Assembly: GCA_963665665.1 (NCBI GenBank)
Contig: OY762428.1
Span: 5,376,001 to 5,440,000 of the forward strand
From: Candidatus Kapaibacterium sp.
Lineage (GTDB): Bacteria; Bacteroidota; Ignavibacteria; Kapaibacteriales; UBA2268
Direction: 5' to 3'
Length of the DNA stretch: 64,000 bases
How positions within the stretch are numbered: the stretch's first letter is position 1; every line of letters begins with the position of its first letter. Positions 40,114 to 50,525 of the stretch are shown here, one piece after another. Under the pieces are notes generated by a model, which made no database searches, was not told where the DNA came from, and saw only the letters and a list, made by a program, of their open reading frames with translations. Position numbers and translations under genes: made by a program.

Positions 40114-40836
40114 ATGAAAAAATTAATAATTCCCTTCGTATTTATCGGAGTATTATTTTCGGGCGCGTTCTTCTCCGGTTGCTATACCGATACGGTTGAC
40201 GCCCTGAGCACTTTTGATTTTCAGCTTCCGCTGATATTCCATTCTACTCACTTCAACAAAGCATCCCCCGATACCTCGGTAGATTTCACTAACCTGAATG
40301 AATATAAAGAATATCGCGATAATAAAGAAAGAATTCAGGAAGCAATTGTTCACCAGTTCAATTACTGGATTGATGATATTAAATTAAGCGGTAGTATACC
40401 TATGGAAGTTGATCATTTAGGAAGAAAACCTCCGGAAAACGATATGCAGGATTCAGCTCTCTATTTCCACCCGGAAAGAGACAACCTGGAATTCGAATTT
40501 ATTAAATTTTATCTGCATTTTGCCAAGCTCAAAGACGGTTATATGAATGAAGATACCCTGGATGAAAATCTCTGGGAAATTGATACAACTGAAAAACCAT
40601 ACCTGCTTGGGGCTTACTATGATGTAGATGTAAGTGATTACTATCGCCAGGCACATCACATTATTGAAGTTTCTGATGAAATTTCAGCAATAATTTCAGA
40701 AGCGGTAAAAGAAAGGCCAAGCTTCTATATTATAACTGAATATAGCAAGACGAAAGACCAGGATGATGACAAGCGTTACTTCCCTTATGTAGGCGCTCGT
40801 TACGATATGGTGATAAGATTCTCGGTTGATCTGTAG
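40114..40836 (+). CDS. Hypothetical lipoprotein
   Basis: MKKLII...AFFSGC lipobox; directly follows the upstream OMP gene. Confidence 0.7.
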   Translation: MKKLIIPFVFIGVLFSGAFFSGCYTDTVDALSTFDFQLPLIFHSTHFNKASPDTSVDFTNLNEYKEYRDNKERIQEAIVHQFNYWIDDIKLSGSIPMEVDHLGRKPPENDMQDSALYFHPERDNLEFEFIKFYLHFAKLKDGYMNEDTLDENLWEIDTTEKPYLLGAYYDVDVSDYYRQAHHIIEVSDEISAIISEAVKERPSFYIITEYSKTKDQDDDKRYFPYVGARYDMVIRFSVDL

Positions 40837-40856
40837 AAGCACTTATTTTTTGAAAC

Positions 40857-40881
40857 AAAGCGGCTTTCGGGCCGCTTTTTT
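40857..40881 (+). terminator. Rho-independent terminator
   Basis: aaagcggc-tttcgg-gccgctttttt. Confidence 0.8.
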
Positions 40882-40969
40882 CTTTTATCTGTAAAAGCAA
40901 TTTTTAATTTGTAGAAAATGATGTAATTTTGTTTAAAGTAATATGTATAGAATTATCAAGACGTTTAGC

Positions 40970-41884
40970 ATGGAAAAAAGAATAATACTGGCATTTATAA
41001 TCATCATAATCACATCAGTTTTTGCTTCAGCACAAAATCTTGAACTTGATATTGATGACAACCTGAAAGAAGTAGATACTGTTTGTTTTAAATATAAATT
41101 CTTTCCGGGAGATACTATAATCTATTATGCTGTTGGATATGACAGTATTTCGATTGATTATGACAACCCTATTTTGAAAAGCCGATTTGAAAAATTCAGA
41201 ATTGTATGCGATTCGGTAAATAAGGAAGGCCATTATTATTTGTCGCAAACCCTGATTGAATTTATTTCCAGGGAATCCAAGGGCGACATCCGAAATGTTG
41301 GCCGAGAGGAAAGCCCATGGCGTGGCAGAACCATGCATTTTGCTATCGACTCGCTTGGATACAGGAAATCAGTATTTCCTGATGATACCCTGCGGGCAGG
41401 TGTTTCTCCCGGTGGTGCTTTCAATCCGATAATATTTAATCTTATTGCTGAACCATGCAAAAAAGTTGACGAAAGCTGGCTGGCACAGGATACATTCTAT
41501 CTTCCCGAGAACGCTTATCCTTTTCCGCTCGCGAGGCTAACCTATTTAAACAGGGCATCTCAATCCAACGACACACTGGGATATAATTGCAATGTTTACG
41601 AGTTCATTAATACGGGCCAGGGACGTATGAAAATTGATGCTGATAACCTGAAAATGGAAATGACTTCAAGGATTAACGGCCATGGTAAAGTATATCTGGA
41701 TACAAATTTGTTCATTCCGATTCATATATTTTCCACAGTGGAACTAAAAATGATGATAGTTGACGAAAGTGGAATAAAAAAGCCCGGATGGCATCATATC
41801 AATCTAAACTATACTCTTGAAGAGCTTATTCCCGGCAAAGGCCGAAAAATTGAGGAAAAGCAAATTATGAAAGAATCAAATTAG
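40970..41884 (+). CDS. Hypothetical secreted protein
   Basis: Signal peptide MEKRIILAFIIIIITSVFASA; long open frame; no family recognised. Confidence 0.7.
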   Translation: MEKRIILAFIIIIITSVFASAQNLELDIDDNLKEVDTVCFKYKFFPGDTIIYYAVGYDSISIDYDNPILKSRFEKFRIVCDSVNKEGHYYLSQTLIEFISRESKGDIRNVGREESPWRGRTMHFAIDSLGYRKSVFPDDTLRAGVSPGGAFNPIIFNLIAEPCKKVDESWLAQDTFYLPENAYPFPLARLTYLNRASQSNDTLGYNCNVYEFINTGQGRMKIDADNLKMEMTSRINGHGKVYLDTNLFIPIHIFSTVELKMMIVDESGIKKPGWHHINLNYTLEELIPGKGRKIEEKQIMKESN

Positions 41885-42125
41885 ATATTGAATTAACATT
41901 GAATATTGAAAAGCCCGGAGAATTCAAATCTTCGGGCTTCATTATTTAATATAATCATGTTTATCGGTAAAACCCAAAAGCCAATATTCTTCAGTTAGAA
42001 GTTTATGTCAACGTCAGTACGCAAATATCCGCTGCCTGATTTATTGATATAAAATTTGTTCAGACCTTTACCGTTTTCATATATGGGAATTTTGTATATG
42101 AGTATATCAATGTAAGGAAGCTGTT

Positions 42126-43496
42126 TTGGCACAAAGCCAATTAGATAATCTTATTAATAATCAAAAAGACTTTTTCCAATCAGGAAAAACCAAAAGCATT
42201 GAATTCAGAATCAGTGCTCTAAAAAAAATATCCGGGATGATAGAGCAACATGAATCTGAAATTATCACAGCTTTATTCAAAGATCTTCATAAAAGCCCGA
42301 CAGAAGCATTTACAAGCGAAATATCCTATGTGCAAAATGAGATCAAACATACAATTAAAAATTTAAAAAAATGGAACAGGCCGGTTAAAATTTATACTCC
42401 GCTAATAAATCGTCCCGGAAAGAGCTTTTACAAATATGAACCTTTCGGTATAGCTCTTATTATAAGTCCCTGGAATTATCCATTCGGTTTATTATTTTCT
42501 CCGTTGATCGGGGCAATAGCTGCCGGCAACTGTGTGATTGCCAAGCCGTCAGAAATGGCTTCGCACTCATCTGAATTAATTCACAGATTAATTTGTGATT
42601 ATTTTGATGCGAACTATATCGCTGTTCAGGAAGGTGATGCCGAAGTAACTCAGTCGTTGATAAATGAAAATATTGATCATATATTCTTTACCGGCAGCAC
42701 AGCAGTCGGTAAAGAGATCATGAAATCGGCATCCAATTATCTGATACCAGTAACTTTGGAATTGGGAGGAAAAAATCCCTGTATTGTCGATCAGGATATC
42801 AATATCGATGTAACTGCTAAAAGAATACTGTGGGGTAAGTTCTTCAATGCCGGGCAGACTTGTATAGCTCCTGATTTTGCTCTTGTCCACGAAGATATCT
42901 ACGATCAATTTATCAACAAATTGAATCATTTTATTGATCAATTCTATTCGGAAGATGATTTCAGCCACATTATTAACAATAATCACTTCGATCGTTTATC
43001 AGCATTGATTGAAGAAGGAGAGATTATCAAGGGTGGAATTCTTAAGCCGGACGATCTTTATATTTCACCAACCATAATCACAGATATCGATTATAATTCA
43101 AAAATTATGCAGGAAGAAATATTCGGGCCTGTTCTGCCGATAATCAAATACAAAAACCTTGATAATGAATTACTGAAATTGGCAAAATTACCCAAACCAT
43201 TGGTTCAGTATTTCTTTTCAAAAGATAAGTCCTTGCAGGATATGGTTATTAACAGATCAACATCAGGTTCGGTTTGTATTAATGGAACAATTCATATACT
43301 GATGTCATCCGGGCTGCCCTTTGGCGGTGTTGGCGCCAGCGGTATGGGAAGGTATCATGGAAAAGAAAGTTTCTCAACTTTCAGCTATAAAAAATCAGTA
43401 GTACGAAAAAGTTTTTTTGCTGATATGAAAGCAGTATATCCGCCGTATAAAACTCCAATAAAGATCTTGAAAAAAGTAATAAAATTTCTATATTGA
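42126..43496 (+). CDS. aldH: Aldehyde dehydrogenase, probable 4,4'-diapocarotenoid aldehyde oxidase (AldH/CrtNc)
   Basis: PWNYP, FFTGST, LELGGKNP, NAGQTCIAPD, EEIFGP; role assigned from crtPQO context; TTG start. Confidence 0.8.
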   Translation: MAQSQLDNLINNQKDFFQSGKTKSIEFRISALKKISGMIEQHESEIITALFKDLHKSPTEAFTSEISYVQNEIKHTIKNLKKWNRPVKIYTPLINRPGKSFYKYEPFGIALIISPWNYPFGLLFSPLIGAIAAGNCVIAKPSEMASHSSELIHRLICDYFDANYIAVQEGDAEVTQSLINENIDHIFFTGSTAVGKEIMKSASNYLIPVTLELGGKNPCIVDQDINIDVTAKRILWGKFFNAGQTCIAPDFALVHEDIYDQFINKLNHFIDQFYSEDDFSHIINNNHFDRLSALIEEGEIIKGGILKPDDLYISPTIITDIDYNSKIMQEEIFGPVLPIIKYKNLDNELLKLAKLPKPLVQYFFSKDKSLQDMVINRSTSGSVCINGTIHILMSSGLPFGGVGASGMGRYHGKESFSTFSYKKSVVRKSFFADMKAVYPPYKTPIKILKKVIKFLY

Positions 43497-43541
43497 AACA
43501 CAAATTAGTTATTAGTAAAAAATTTTATTTCAGGGGGTTAT

Positions 43542-45035
43542 GTGAGTATAAAAAAATCAAAAAACAAAAAGATTATCATAATAGGTGCAGGACTCGGTGG
43601 TATTTCAGCAGCAATAATGTTGAAGATCAATGGCTATGATGTTGAAATATTTGAAAAAAATGAAAAGATTGGCGGAAAGTTAAATACACTGACCGAGAAC
43701 GGCTATACATTTGATCTGGGGCCGTCAATCCTGACACTGCCGCAATATTTCCGAAAGCTATTCGAAGCATCCGGAAAAAATATGGATGATTACATTCCTA
43801 TTCAAAAAGTCAGGCCCCACTGGAGGAATTTTTTCGAAGACGGAACAATTGTCGACCTGGACCCGGATATGGATTTCATGAAAACCGAACTATCAAAACT
43901 CGGGCCTGATGTTTACGGGCAATTCAGAAAGTTCCTTGATTATTCCGAACAGCAGTATGATATTCTGGCAGATGGATATTTTGATTCAGGGCTTGACAAT
44001 ACATTTGATTTTATGAAATTCTATGATTTCTCGGCGGTATTTAAAATTGACTTTTTCCGCACAATGCACGGAAGCGTTTCAAAGCACATAAAAAATCCAT
44101 ATCTCGTTGATATAATGGATTATTTTATTAAATATGTCGGTTCCTCGGCATATAATGCTCCCGGATTTATGAATCTTATGCCGACAATCCAATTCAGGTA
44201 CGACTTATGGTACGTGCCCGGCGGAATGTATAATATTGCTATCGGATTCAATAAATACATGGAAGAACTTGGAATAAAAATTAACCTGAAAAGTGAAGTA
44301 ACTAAAATAATCAAGGAAAATAATAAAGTAACGGGAATCGAAGCGAATAATGAAATTCATAATGCCGACTTCATTGTATCGAACATGGAGGCATTTCCGG
44401 CATATAAAAAATTATTGAATGAAGACAGTAATTTTCTGCGGAAACAACTCAGATACGAACCGGCTTGTTCAGGGCTTGTTCTCGACATTGGACTTGATAT
44501 TCAATACCCGCAATTGCGTCATCATAATTTCCTGTTTTCAGGAAACCAAAAGCAGCATTTCAGTACTGTTTTCAATAAAAAGCAGTTGCCGAAAGATCCG
44601 ACGATATATCTTGTTGATGCATCAAAGTCTGACCCTGCTGTTGCTCCAGAAGGATGTTCCGGATTAAAAGTATTACCGCATATACCATATATCGATGAAA
44701 ATAATCCTCTGACCCGTGAAGATTATATGGAGTATAAAGAACTTATTCTTGACAAATTGGAAAGAACCGGCCTGACAGACATTCGTAAGCATATAGTTTA
44801 CGAACACGTGCTAACCCCTCTGGATATTGAACAAATGTATTATTCCAACCATGGTTCAGTATATGGAGTTGTATCTGACCTGAGAAAGAACTTCGCTTTC
44901 AAATTCCCGAAGAAAAGCAAAAAGTATTCTAACCTGTATTTTACTGGCGGATCGGTTAATCCCGGGGGTGGAATGCCAATGGTTCTGCTTTGCGGACAGA
45001 ATGTATGTAAAAAAATTATCGAAGACGACAAGTAA
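43542..45035 (+). CDS. crtP: Diapolycopene/diaponeurosporene oxygenase (CrtP/CrtNb, phytoene desaturase family)
   Basis: GAGLGG FAD motif, FDLGPSILT, YFIKYVGSS, KVLPHIPYI, GGSVNPGGGMPMV; these motifs match CrtP rather than CrtN/CrtI. Confidence 0.88.
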   Translation: MSIKKSKNKKIIIIGAGLGGISAAIMLKINGYDVEIFEKNEKIGGKLNTLTENGYTFDLGPSILTLPQYFRKLFEASGKNMDDYIPIQKVRPHWRNFFEDGTIVDLDPDMDFMKTELSKLGPDVYGQFRKFLDYSEQQYDILADGYFDSGLDNTFDFMKFYDFSAVFKIDFFRTMHGSVSKHIKNPYLVDIMDYFIKYVGSSAYNAPGFMNLMPTIQFRYDLWYVPGGMYNIAIGFNKYMEELGIKINLKSEVTKIIKENNKVTGIEANNEIHNADFIVSNMEAFPAYKKLLNEDSNFLRKQLRYEPACSGLVLDIGLDIQYPQLRHHNFLFSGNQKQHFSTVFNKKQLPKDPTIYLVDASKSDPAVAPEGCSGLKVLPHIPYIDENNPLTREDYMEYKELILDKLERTGLTDIRKHIVYEHVLTPLDIEQMYYSNHGSVYGVVSDLRKNFAFKFPKKSKKYSNLYFTGGSVNPGGGMPMVLLCGQNVCKKIIEDDK

Positions 45036-45040
45036 AAACA

Positions 45041-46159
45041 ATGGATACAAACACCGTAATATTGCTAACTGTTTCAATTATTTTATTTCTTTCCGGATTT
45101 TGGTTTCTTTTCAGGATACCGAAATGCAAATCTGATGATATTAAGAAAATAAATCTGAAAATATCAATTATTATCCCTGCCAGAAATGAAGAACATAATA
45201 TCGGGAAATTACTTGATTCGATCAATATACAGGAATTCAGGCCCAATGAAATAATAGTTGTTAATGACGGATCGACAGACAGAACAAAAGAGATCGGCCT
45301 TGCAAAAGGGGCAAGCGTTATTGATTCTAAACCGCTTCCGGACGGATGGCTTGGCAAACCCTGGGCATGTTACCAGGGAGCTTCGGCAGCAGAAGGAGAT
45401 CTGCTGTTTTTTATTGATTCGGATATTGAACTGGAACCCGGAGGCTTAAAAAAAATCGTTGATACATATCTATTGTCATCTGATAATTCTGAAATTGCAA
45501 TGTCAATTGCACCCTTTCACAAAGTAGAAAAACCTTACGAAGAACTTTCGGCATTTTTCAATATCATTATGGCCGGATCGATGAATGCATTTACGCCAAT
45601 TAAGAAAACAAATCCGACCGGCCTGTTCGGTCCCACTCTTATTGTTAGCAAAGAGAACTATTATAAGATCAATGGGCATGAATCAGTTAAAGATAAAATT
45701 CTCGAGAATGTTTTTATGGCCGAAAAATTCAGATCCATAGGAATCAAACTGAAATTATTCGGCGGAAAAGGCAGTATATCTTTCAGGATGTACCCCGCCG
45801 GATTAAAAGACCTTACAAACGGCTGGACAAAGGCTTTTGCCTCAGGCGCAGGAAGAACTCCATTTTTTATTCTGTTGAATATAATTTTATGGATCTCAGC
45901 CGGGTTCGTTATAACAATTGCTGCCATCAGAAGTCTGCTGCTTGATAATTTTTTCTTATTGTGGGCAGTATTTTATTTCGCTTATTCATTGCAGCTATTC
46001 TGGATGTTGAAAAGAATTGGATCTTTCAGGATATTCAGTGCAATTTTTTATCCTGTCCATTTATTATTTTATACAATTGTTTTTTTTCGATCATTGTACT
46101 ACCAAATTTCCGGTAAGAAAATTAAGTGGAAATCCAGAGAAGTTAAGGCAGAAAGGTGA
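45041..46159 (+). CDS. crtQ: GT2 glycosyltransferase, 4,4'-diaponeurosporenoate glycosyltransferase (CrtQ-like)
   Basis: SIIIPARNEE, GWLGKPWAC, FIDSD, SFRMYP.G...GWTK, C-terminal TMs. Confidence 0.82.
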   Translation: MDTNTVILLTVSIILFLSGFWFLFRIPKCKSDDIKKINLKISIIIPARNEEHNIGKLLDSINIQEFRPNEIIVVNDGSTDRTKEIGLAKGASVIDSKPLPDGWLGKPWACYQGASAAEGDLLFFIDSDIELEPGGLKKIVDTYLLSSDNSEIAMSIAPFHKVEKPYEELSAFFNIIMAGSMNAFTPIKKTNPTGLFGPTLIVSKENYYKINGHESVKDKILENVFMAEKFRSIGIKLKLFGGKGSISFRMYPAGLKDLTNGWTKAFASGAGRTPFFILLNIILWISAGFVITIAAIRSLLLDNFFLLWAVFYFAYSLQLFWMLKRIGSFRIFSAIFYPVHLLFYTIVFFRSLYYQISGKKIKWKSREVKAER

Positions 46160-46165
46160 TGATTT

Positions 46166-46645
46166 ATGCTAATTGAATTACCGGTTTTATGGATAATTAT
46201 AATCGATTTTGTTCTGTGGTTCATTATCCATATGTCCATAGCTTATCTGGCAACAATATTACCAGACAAATATATCAATGTAAATTCAAACTGGTTTCAG
46301 GAGAAAAGTTGGGAAAAGGGAGGCTTCTTCTATGAAGATTACTTCCACATCAAAAAGTGGAAAGAACTTTTGCCTGACGGTTCGGCTTTGTTCAAAAAAG
46401 GATTCCGAAAAAAAAGGATGACTTCCGTGAATGAAGAATATTTCAACAAATTTATTCTGGAAGTAAGCCGTGCAGAAATGGCTCACTGGATCGTGATATT
46501 ATTTTCCCCTGTATTTTTTATATGGAATTACTGGTGGGCCGGCCTGATAATGATAGTTTACGCATTTATTGCCAACCTCCCCTGTATCCTGGCCCAGCGA
46601 TACAACAGGATTCGATTCAGGAGAATTCTTTCGAAAATGAATTGA
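46166..46645 (+). CDS. crtO: Glycosyl-4,4'-diaponeurosporenoate acyltransferase (CrtO-like)
   Basis: WEKGG..Y...HIKKWKELLPDG, RAEMAHW, NLPCILAQRYNRIR. Confidence 0.85.
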   Translation: MLIELPVLWIIIIDFVLWFIIHMSIAYLATILPDKYINVNSNWFQEKSWEKGGFFYEDYFHIKKWKELLPDGSALFKKGFRKKRMTSVNEEYFNKFILEVSRAEMAHWIVILFSPVFFIWNYWWAGLIMIVYAFIANLPCILAQRYNRIRFRRILSKMN

Positions 46646-46671
46646 TTGAAAATCTAATTGAATTATTATTG

Positions 46672-47799
46672 TCAAATACTATTCAGGTTTGCTTTCTTCT
46701 TTTTCTTATCAGATTTACAATGCTTTTCAAGCATATCGGCTGCGTCGTTAAGCCCAAGTTCCATTGCCCTGTTCCATTGTTTGCATGCTTTGGCTTTCTT
46801 ACCTTCCAGATAATATACCATTGCAATTCCCATATATGCTTCAGCAAAATTTTTATCAATTTCCAGGGCTTCTTCAAAATCTTTTCTCGCACTTTTTTTA
46901 TCACCTTTTTGAAGGTATGTTGTACCACGTCCGTTATAAGCAATTTTATTGAGTGAATCAATACTAATGGACTTGTCAAAATCTTTGATTGCTTTATCAA
47001 ATTTTCTCATCCTGAAGAAGGATGATCCCCTAAGGGAGTATAATTCCGAATTTTCAGGAAAGTACTTCATAGCGCGATTGTAAATCCACACTGAGCTGTC
47101 CTGCTTATTAAGCATGTTATAAACTTTGCCTGCTTCAATGTATGCGTTAAAATAACGCGGATTAATTGAAATTGCATGATTAAAATCATTCAAAGCTTTT
47201 CGCAGATTTCCTGACTTAAGATAAACGATCCCCCTGCCGAGAAAAGAATATGCAATACCGGGAGTATAAGCAATAGAACTGTCGAAATATTTAATAGCCT
47301 TCTCGTTATTACCCTTTGCAAAAGAAATGAAGCCAAGTCCGTTGTATGCATCAGGATTCATTTTCATAAGTTGTACTGAATGTGAGAAATACTTTACGGC
47401 AATATCATTCTTCTTATGAGTAAAAGCTTTTGTACCTTCGCTAAGCAATACTTTTGCAAAATCAGAAGCTTCATGTATGTTTAAAAAAACGGTTTTGTCT
47501 GCCCCTGCTACAGCCCCGGAACTTTCTTTATTACTAATGACCAATCCCAGGGACAAAGCTTTGTAATAATCTTTCAATCCCCTGTCATTATTTCCTTCTT
47601 TGATAGCACAAAGCCCCCGCCTGATAATATATTCACCGTTTTCAGGGTTTTTCTTTACCAGTCCGTTCATAATTTTCAATGCCTCAGAGTATTCATTATT
47701 TTCATAATGCCTGCAGGCAGAATTGTAAAGGCTGTCACTTGCAAAAGAATAAAGTTGAAATGATATTAATAGGCTAATTATCAGTATTGGTATTTTCAT
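46672..47799 (-). CDS. Secreted TPR protein
   Basis: Signal peptide and multiple TPRs; C-terminal ACKQWNRAMELG..AADMLEKHC. Confidence 0.85.
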   Translation of the reverse strand: MKIPILIISLLISFQLYSFASDSLYNSACRHYENNEYSEALKIMNGLVKKNPENGEYIIRRGLCAIKEGNNDRGLKDYYKALSLGLVISNKESSGAVAGADKTVFLNIHEASDFAKVLLSEGTKAFTHKKNDIAVKYFSHSVQLMKMNPDAYNGLGFISFAKGNNEKAIKYFDSSIAYTPGIAYSFLGRGIVYLKSGNLRKALNDFNHAISINPRYFNAYIEAGKVYNMLNKQDSSVWIYNRAMKYFPENSELYSLRGSSFFRMRKFDKAIKDFDKSISIDSLNKIAYNGRGTTYLQKGDKKSARKDFEEALEIDKNFAEAYMGIAMVYYLEGKKAKACKQWNRAMELGLNDAADMLEKHCKSDKKKKKANLNSI

Positions 47800-47947
47800 A
47801 ACAAATGCAATTTAATTTTCTTAAAACTAATTACCCAAAACTAAGTATTATTCAGACAAATTCCGAAAACCAAAAAAAATTTGAGACGTTTTTCCACTTT
47901 TTACGTTATTATATTAAACTCAGAAAATTTCATACAGGGGAAAAGTT

Positions 47948-50521
47948 ATGAGAGTATTCCTGATACTTCCGCTATGCTTGCTTATTATATTTTATAATAC
48001 GGCTTTTTCGCAAAAATTTAAAATATCTAATATTTACCCGGAATTATTTCCTACTATGCAATTAGATTTTTGGGCTGTGAATGAATACTGGGAAGCCTAT
48101 GAAGATATTGAAAAATCGGAATTGAACCTTGAAATAGATGGCAGGAAAATTGAAAATTTCGAAATGGACTGCAATATTGAATTTTTCTCGCCGCCAGTAT
48201 CTGTTATTCTTCTTTTCGATGTGAGCCACTCGATGAGTACAACCTGCCCCGGCGGCGAACAAAGGGTTGACTGGGCAAAATTTGCAGCAAAAACCTTCGT
48301 GGATTCACTGAATATGGAGTTTAGTTCTGCAATAAAAATTATGACTTTTACTCATGGTATCGAATATGTCGGGGATTTTCTATCAAATAAAAATAAAATC
48401 TATGAAGAAATTGACTCTATAAATGTTATTGAAAGTACAACAAATTTTAATGCCCCATTCTTAGATCCAAGGCAGGGAGCAATAAAAAGTATGAAGCACG
48501 GAATCCCCGACAGCAGAAGGATAATTGTTTTCCTGACTGACGGTTTCCCATGCGAAGAAATAAGAACTGACGCAATAATAAATCTGGCAAACAGCTGGCT
48601 GACTGAAATTTATGCTATCAATCTTTTCACTGATTATTCCGAAGAATTAAACAGAATAGCAACAGAAACAAAAGGCAAATATTTTCAGGCATCAGGAAAA
48701 TCAGAACTTGCCGATATATATTCCGATATTGCACGAAATATTATGAGCGGTGATCTGTGCCGGTTAACCTGGCATGAACCATACATTTGCAGCAAAGATG
48801 ATCCATTCAGAAATGCAACTCTCTCTTTTTCCAGATCAGGTTTAAATGATGAGAGAAAATTTCATATTTCCGAAAGCGAATACGCTAAAATATATGCCCG
48901 GGAAAAGGAAGTATTGTTCGGTGGTGACAATGCTGTCGGAAAAAAAATCACAATACCATTTATTGCTAAAAATACAGATTTTATTATCAACAATATCGGG
49001 ATTGAACCAGAGAATGAATCATTCGAGTTACCGGATATCCCCAATTTGCCCTATATGTTAAATATGAATGATACTCTGTATATTTCTGTTGCAATGAAGA
49101 ATCCACCAAACGACAAAAAGCAATATAAAGTAACATTTGACACCGAACCATGCCCTTTCGAAGGTATTGATATCATATCAGGCTGCGAGGTAAAAGCTCT
49201 CGAAAAATTTGAATTTGAAGGCGCAGTAGTTGGTTATTCCAGAACTATCACAATACCTGAGGTTGTTACCAATACGTTTTCCCACAAAGTATGGGGCGCT
49301 ATTGGTATTGACGGAAACAATCCGGAGAGCTTTAAATTGTGCAGTAATCAATATTTTTCTCTTGATCCCGGCGAAAAACTGAATATTGATATTGCCTTCT
49401 GTCCCGGAAAAGAGGGATTGAATACAGCAAGGGTAAGATACTTATTACGTGATGCCTGTGACGAAGGAATGACTTTGCTAAGCGGTAAGGGGCTTGGATA
49501 TTTCAAGAATGACATGATAGATTTCGAAGAGATTAGCTTTTGTGCAGCTTCCGACACAACAATATATATCCCAAATAAATCACAACATGATGATGAAATG
49601 TTCGGTTACACAATACTCGGTGATGACAGAAATAATTTTCTTGTTGAATTTCCGGAACAAATAATCAAATCAGGCAAAACAACCCCGGTAAATATTACTT
49701 TTCTGCCGCAGGATTCACTTCGCGAATTAAATTCAACAATTTTTATTCAGAAAAATAGTGGCAATATATATATAGATGTAAAAGGAAAAGCAACCCTGAT
49801 AAATCAGAAAAATTCAATTGTCGGAATCAGAAGTAATTCAGCTCTTTATACATCAGGGATAGTTCAAACAGTTCCCGGCCATGATTATTCACTTATTCTA
49901 CAATCCGAAATTCCCGAAACAAAAGGAGAAAAATTCTCACAGCTAAAATTCATTTTTAATTATCATCCCGGTTTTTTGTTCTTTGCCGGGAATGTAAAAT
50001 CAGGAAATTCCGATTGGGCCTGGACTATAAACGACAGAGGGCAGGGAATAATGACTCTTGACGGGATTGGCCCGAGAACTGATACACCTGAAAATATTGC
50101 TCTGGAAATTCCTTTCAGAACTTATCTGTCTGATAGCAATTTTTGTTTGCTCAAGCTCAGCGCCGTGTTTCCGGAAGAATTAAAATGTTTGAATCCCTTG
50201 CCGGATAGCATAAATATCGAAAATAATATCTGCTTTGGGGATGGATACAAAGTAATTTTTTCTGATTTTATCGATTTAAATTTATTTCCCGAACCGGCAA
50301 TTGAGAAATTAAATATAAATTACACGGGAAATTCCGATGAATTGATAACAATATCCATAGTTTCAGCAAACGGGCAAAAGATTAAAGATATTACATTTGA
50401 AAAATCTGAAAAAAACAACCCCATTGTGCTGGATATCAGCGAGTTTCCGAATGGAATATATTTTCTCCGTGCAAACACAGAAAGGGGAACAATAAATAAG
50501 AAATTTTCCGTATTTAAATAG
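47948..50521 (+). CDS. VWA-domain, Ig-like repeat T9SS cargo protein
   Basis: MIDAS DVSHS...T...FLTDG; Ig-like repeats (SLDPGEKLNIDIAFCP, ITFLPQ); C-terminal LFPEPA...FPNGIYFLR...KKFSVFK. Confidence 0.85.
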   Translation: MRVFLILPLCLLIIFYNTAFSQKFKISNIYPELFPTMQLDFWAVNEYWEAYEDIEKSELNLEIDGRKIENFEMDCNIEFFSPPVSVILLFDVSHSMSTTCPGGEQRVDWAKFAAKTFVDSLNMEFSSAIKIMTFTHGIEYVGDFLSNKNKIYEEIDSINVIESTTNFNAPFLDPRQGAIKSMKHGIPDSRRIIVFLTDGFPCEEIRTDAIINLANSWLTEIYAINLFTDYSEELNRIATETKGKYFQASGKSELADIYSDIARNIMSGDLCRLTWHEPYICSKDDPFRNATLSFSRSGLNDERKFHISESEYAKIYAREKEVLFGGDNAVGKKITIPFIAKNTDFIINNIGIEPENESFELPDIPNLPYMLNMNDTLYISVAMKNPPNDKKQYKVTFDTEPCPFEGIDIISGCEVKALEKFEFEGAVVGYSRTITIPEVVTNTFSHKVWGAIGIDGNNPESFKLCSNQYFSLDPGEKLNIDIAFCPGKEGLNTARVRYLLRDACDEGMTLLSGKGLGYFKNDMIDFEEISFCAASDTTIYIPNKSQHDDEMFGYTILGDDRNNFLVEFPEQIIKSGKTTPVNITFLPQDSLRELNSTIFIQKNSGNIYIDVKGKATLINQKNSIVGIRSNSALYTSGIVQTVPGHDYSLILQSEIPETKGEKFSQLKFIFNYHPGFLFFAGNVKSGNSDWAWTINDRGQGIMTLDGIGPRTDTPENIALEIPFRTYLSDSNFCLLKLSAVFPEELKCLNPLPDSINIENNICFGDGYKVIFSDFIDLNLFPEPAIEKLNINYTGNSDELITISIVSANGQKIKDITFEKSEKNNPIVLDISEFPNGIYFLRANTERGTINKKFSVFK

Positions 50522-50525
50522 TTGG

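Noticed and set aside
41885-42125. Remnant of crtN upstream of aldH
   Set aside because: No desaturase C-terminal motif recognisable in this spacer.
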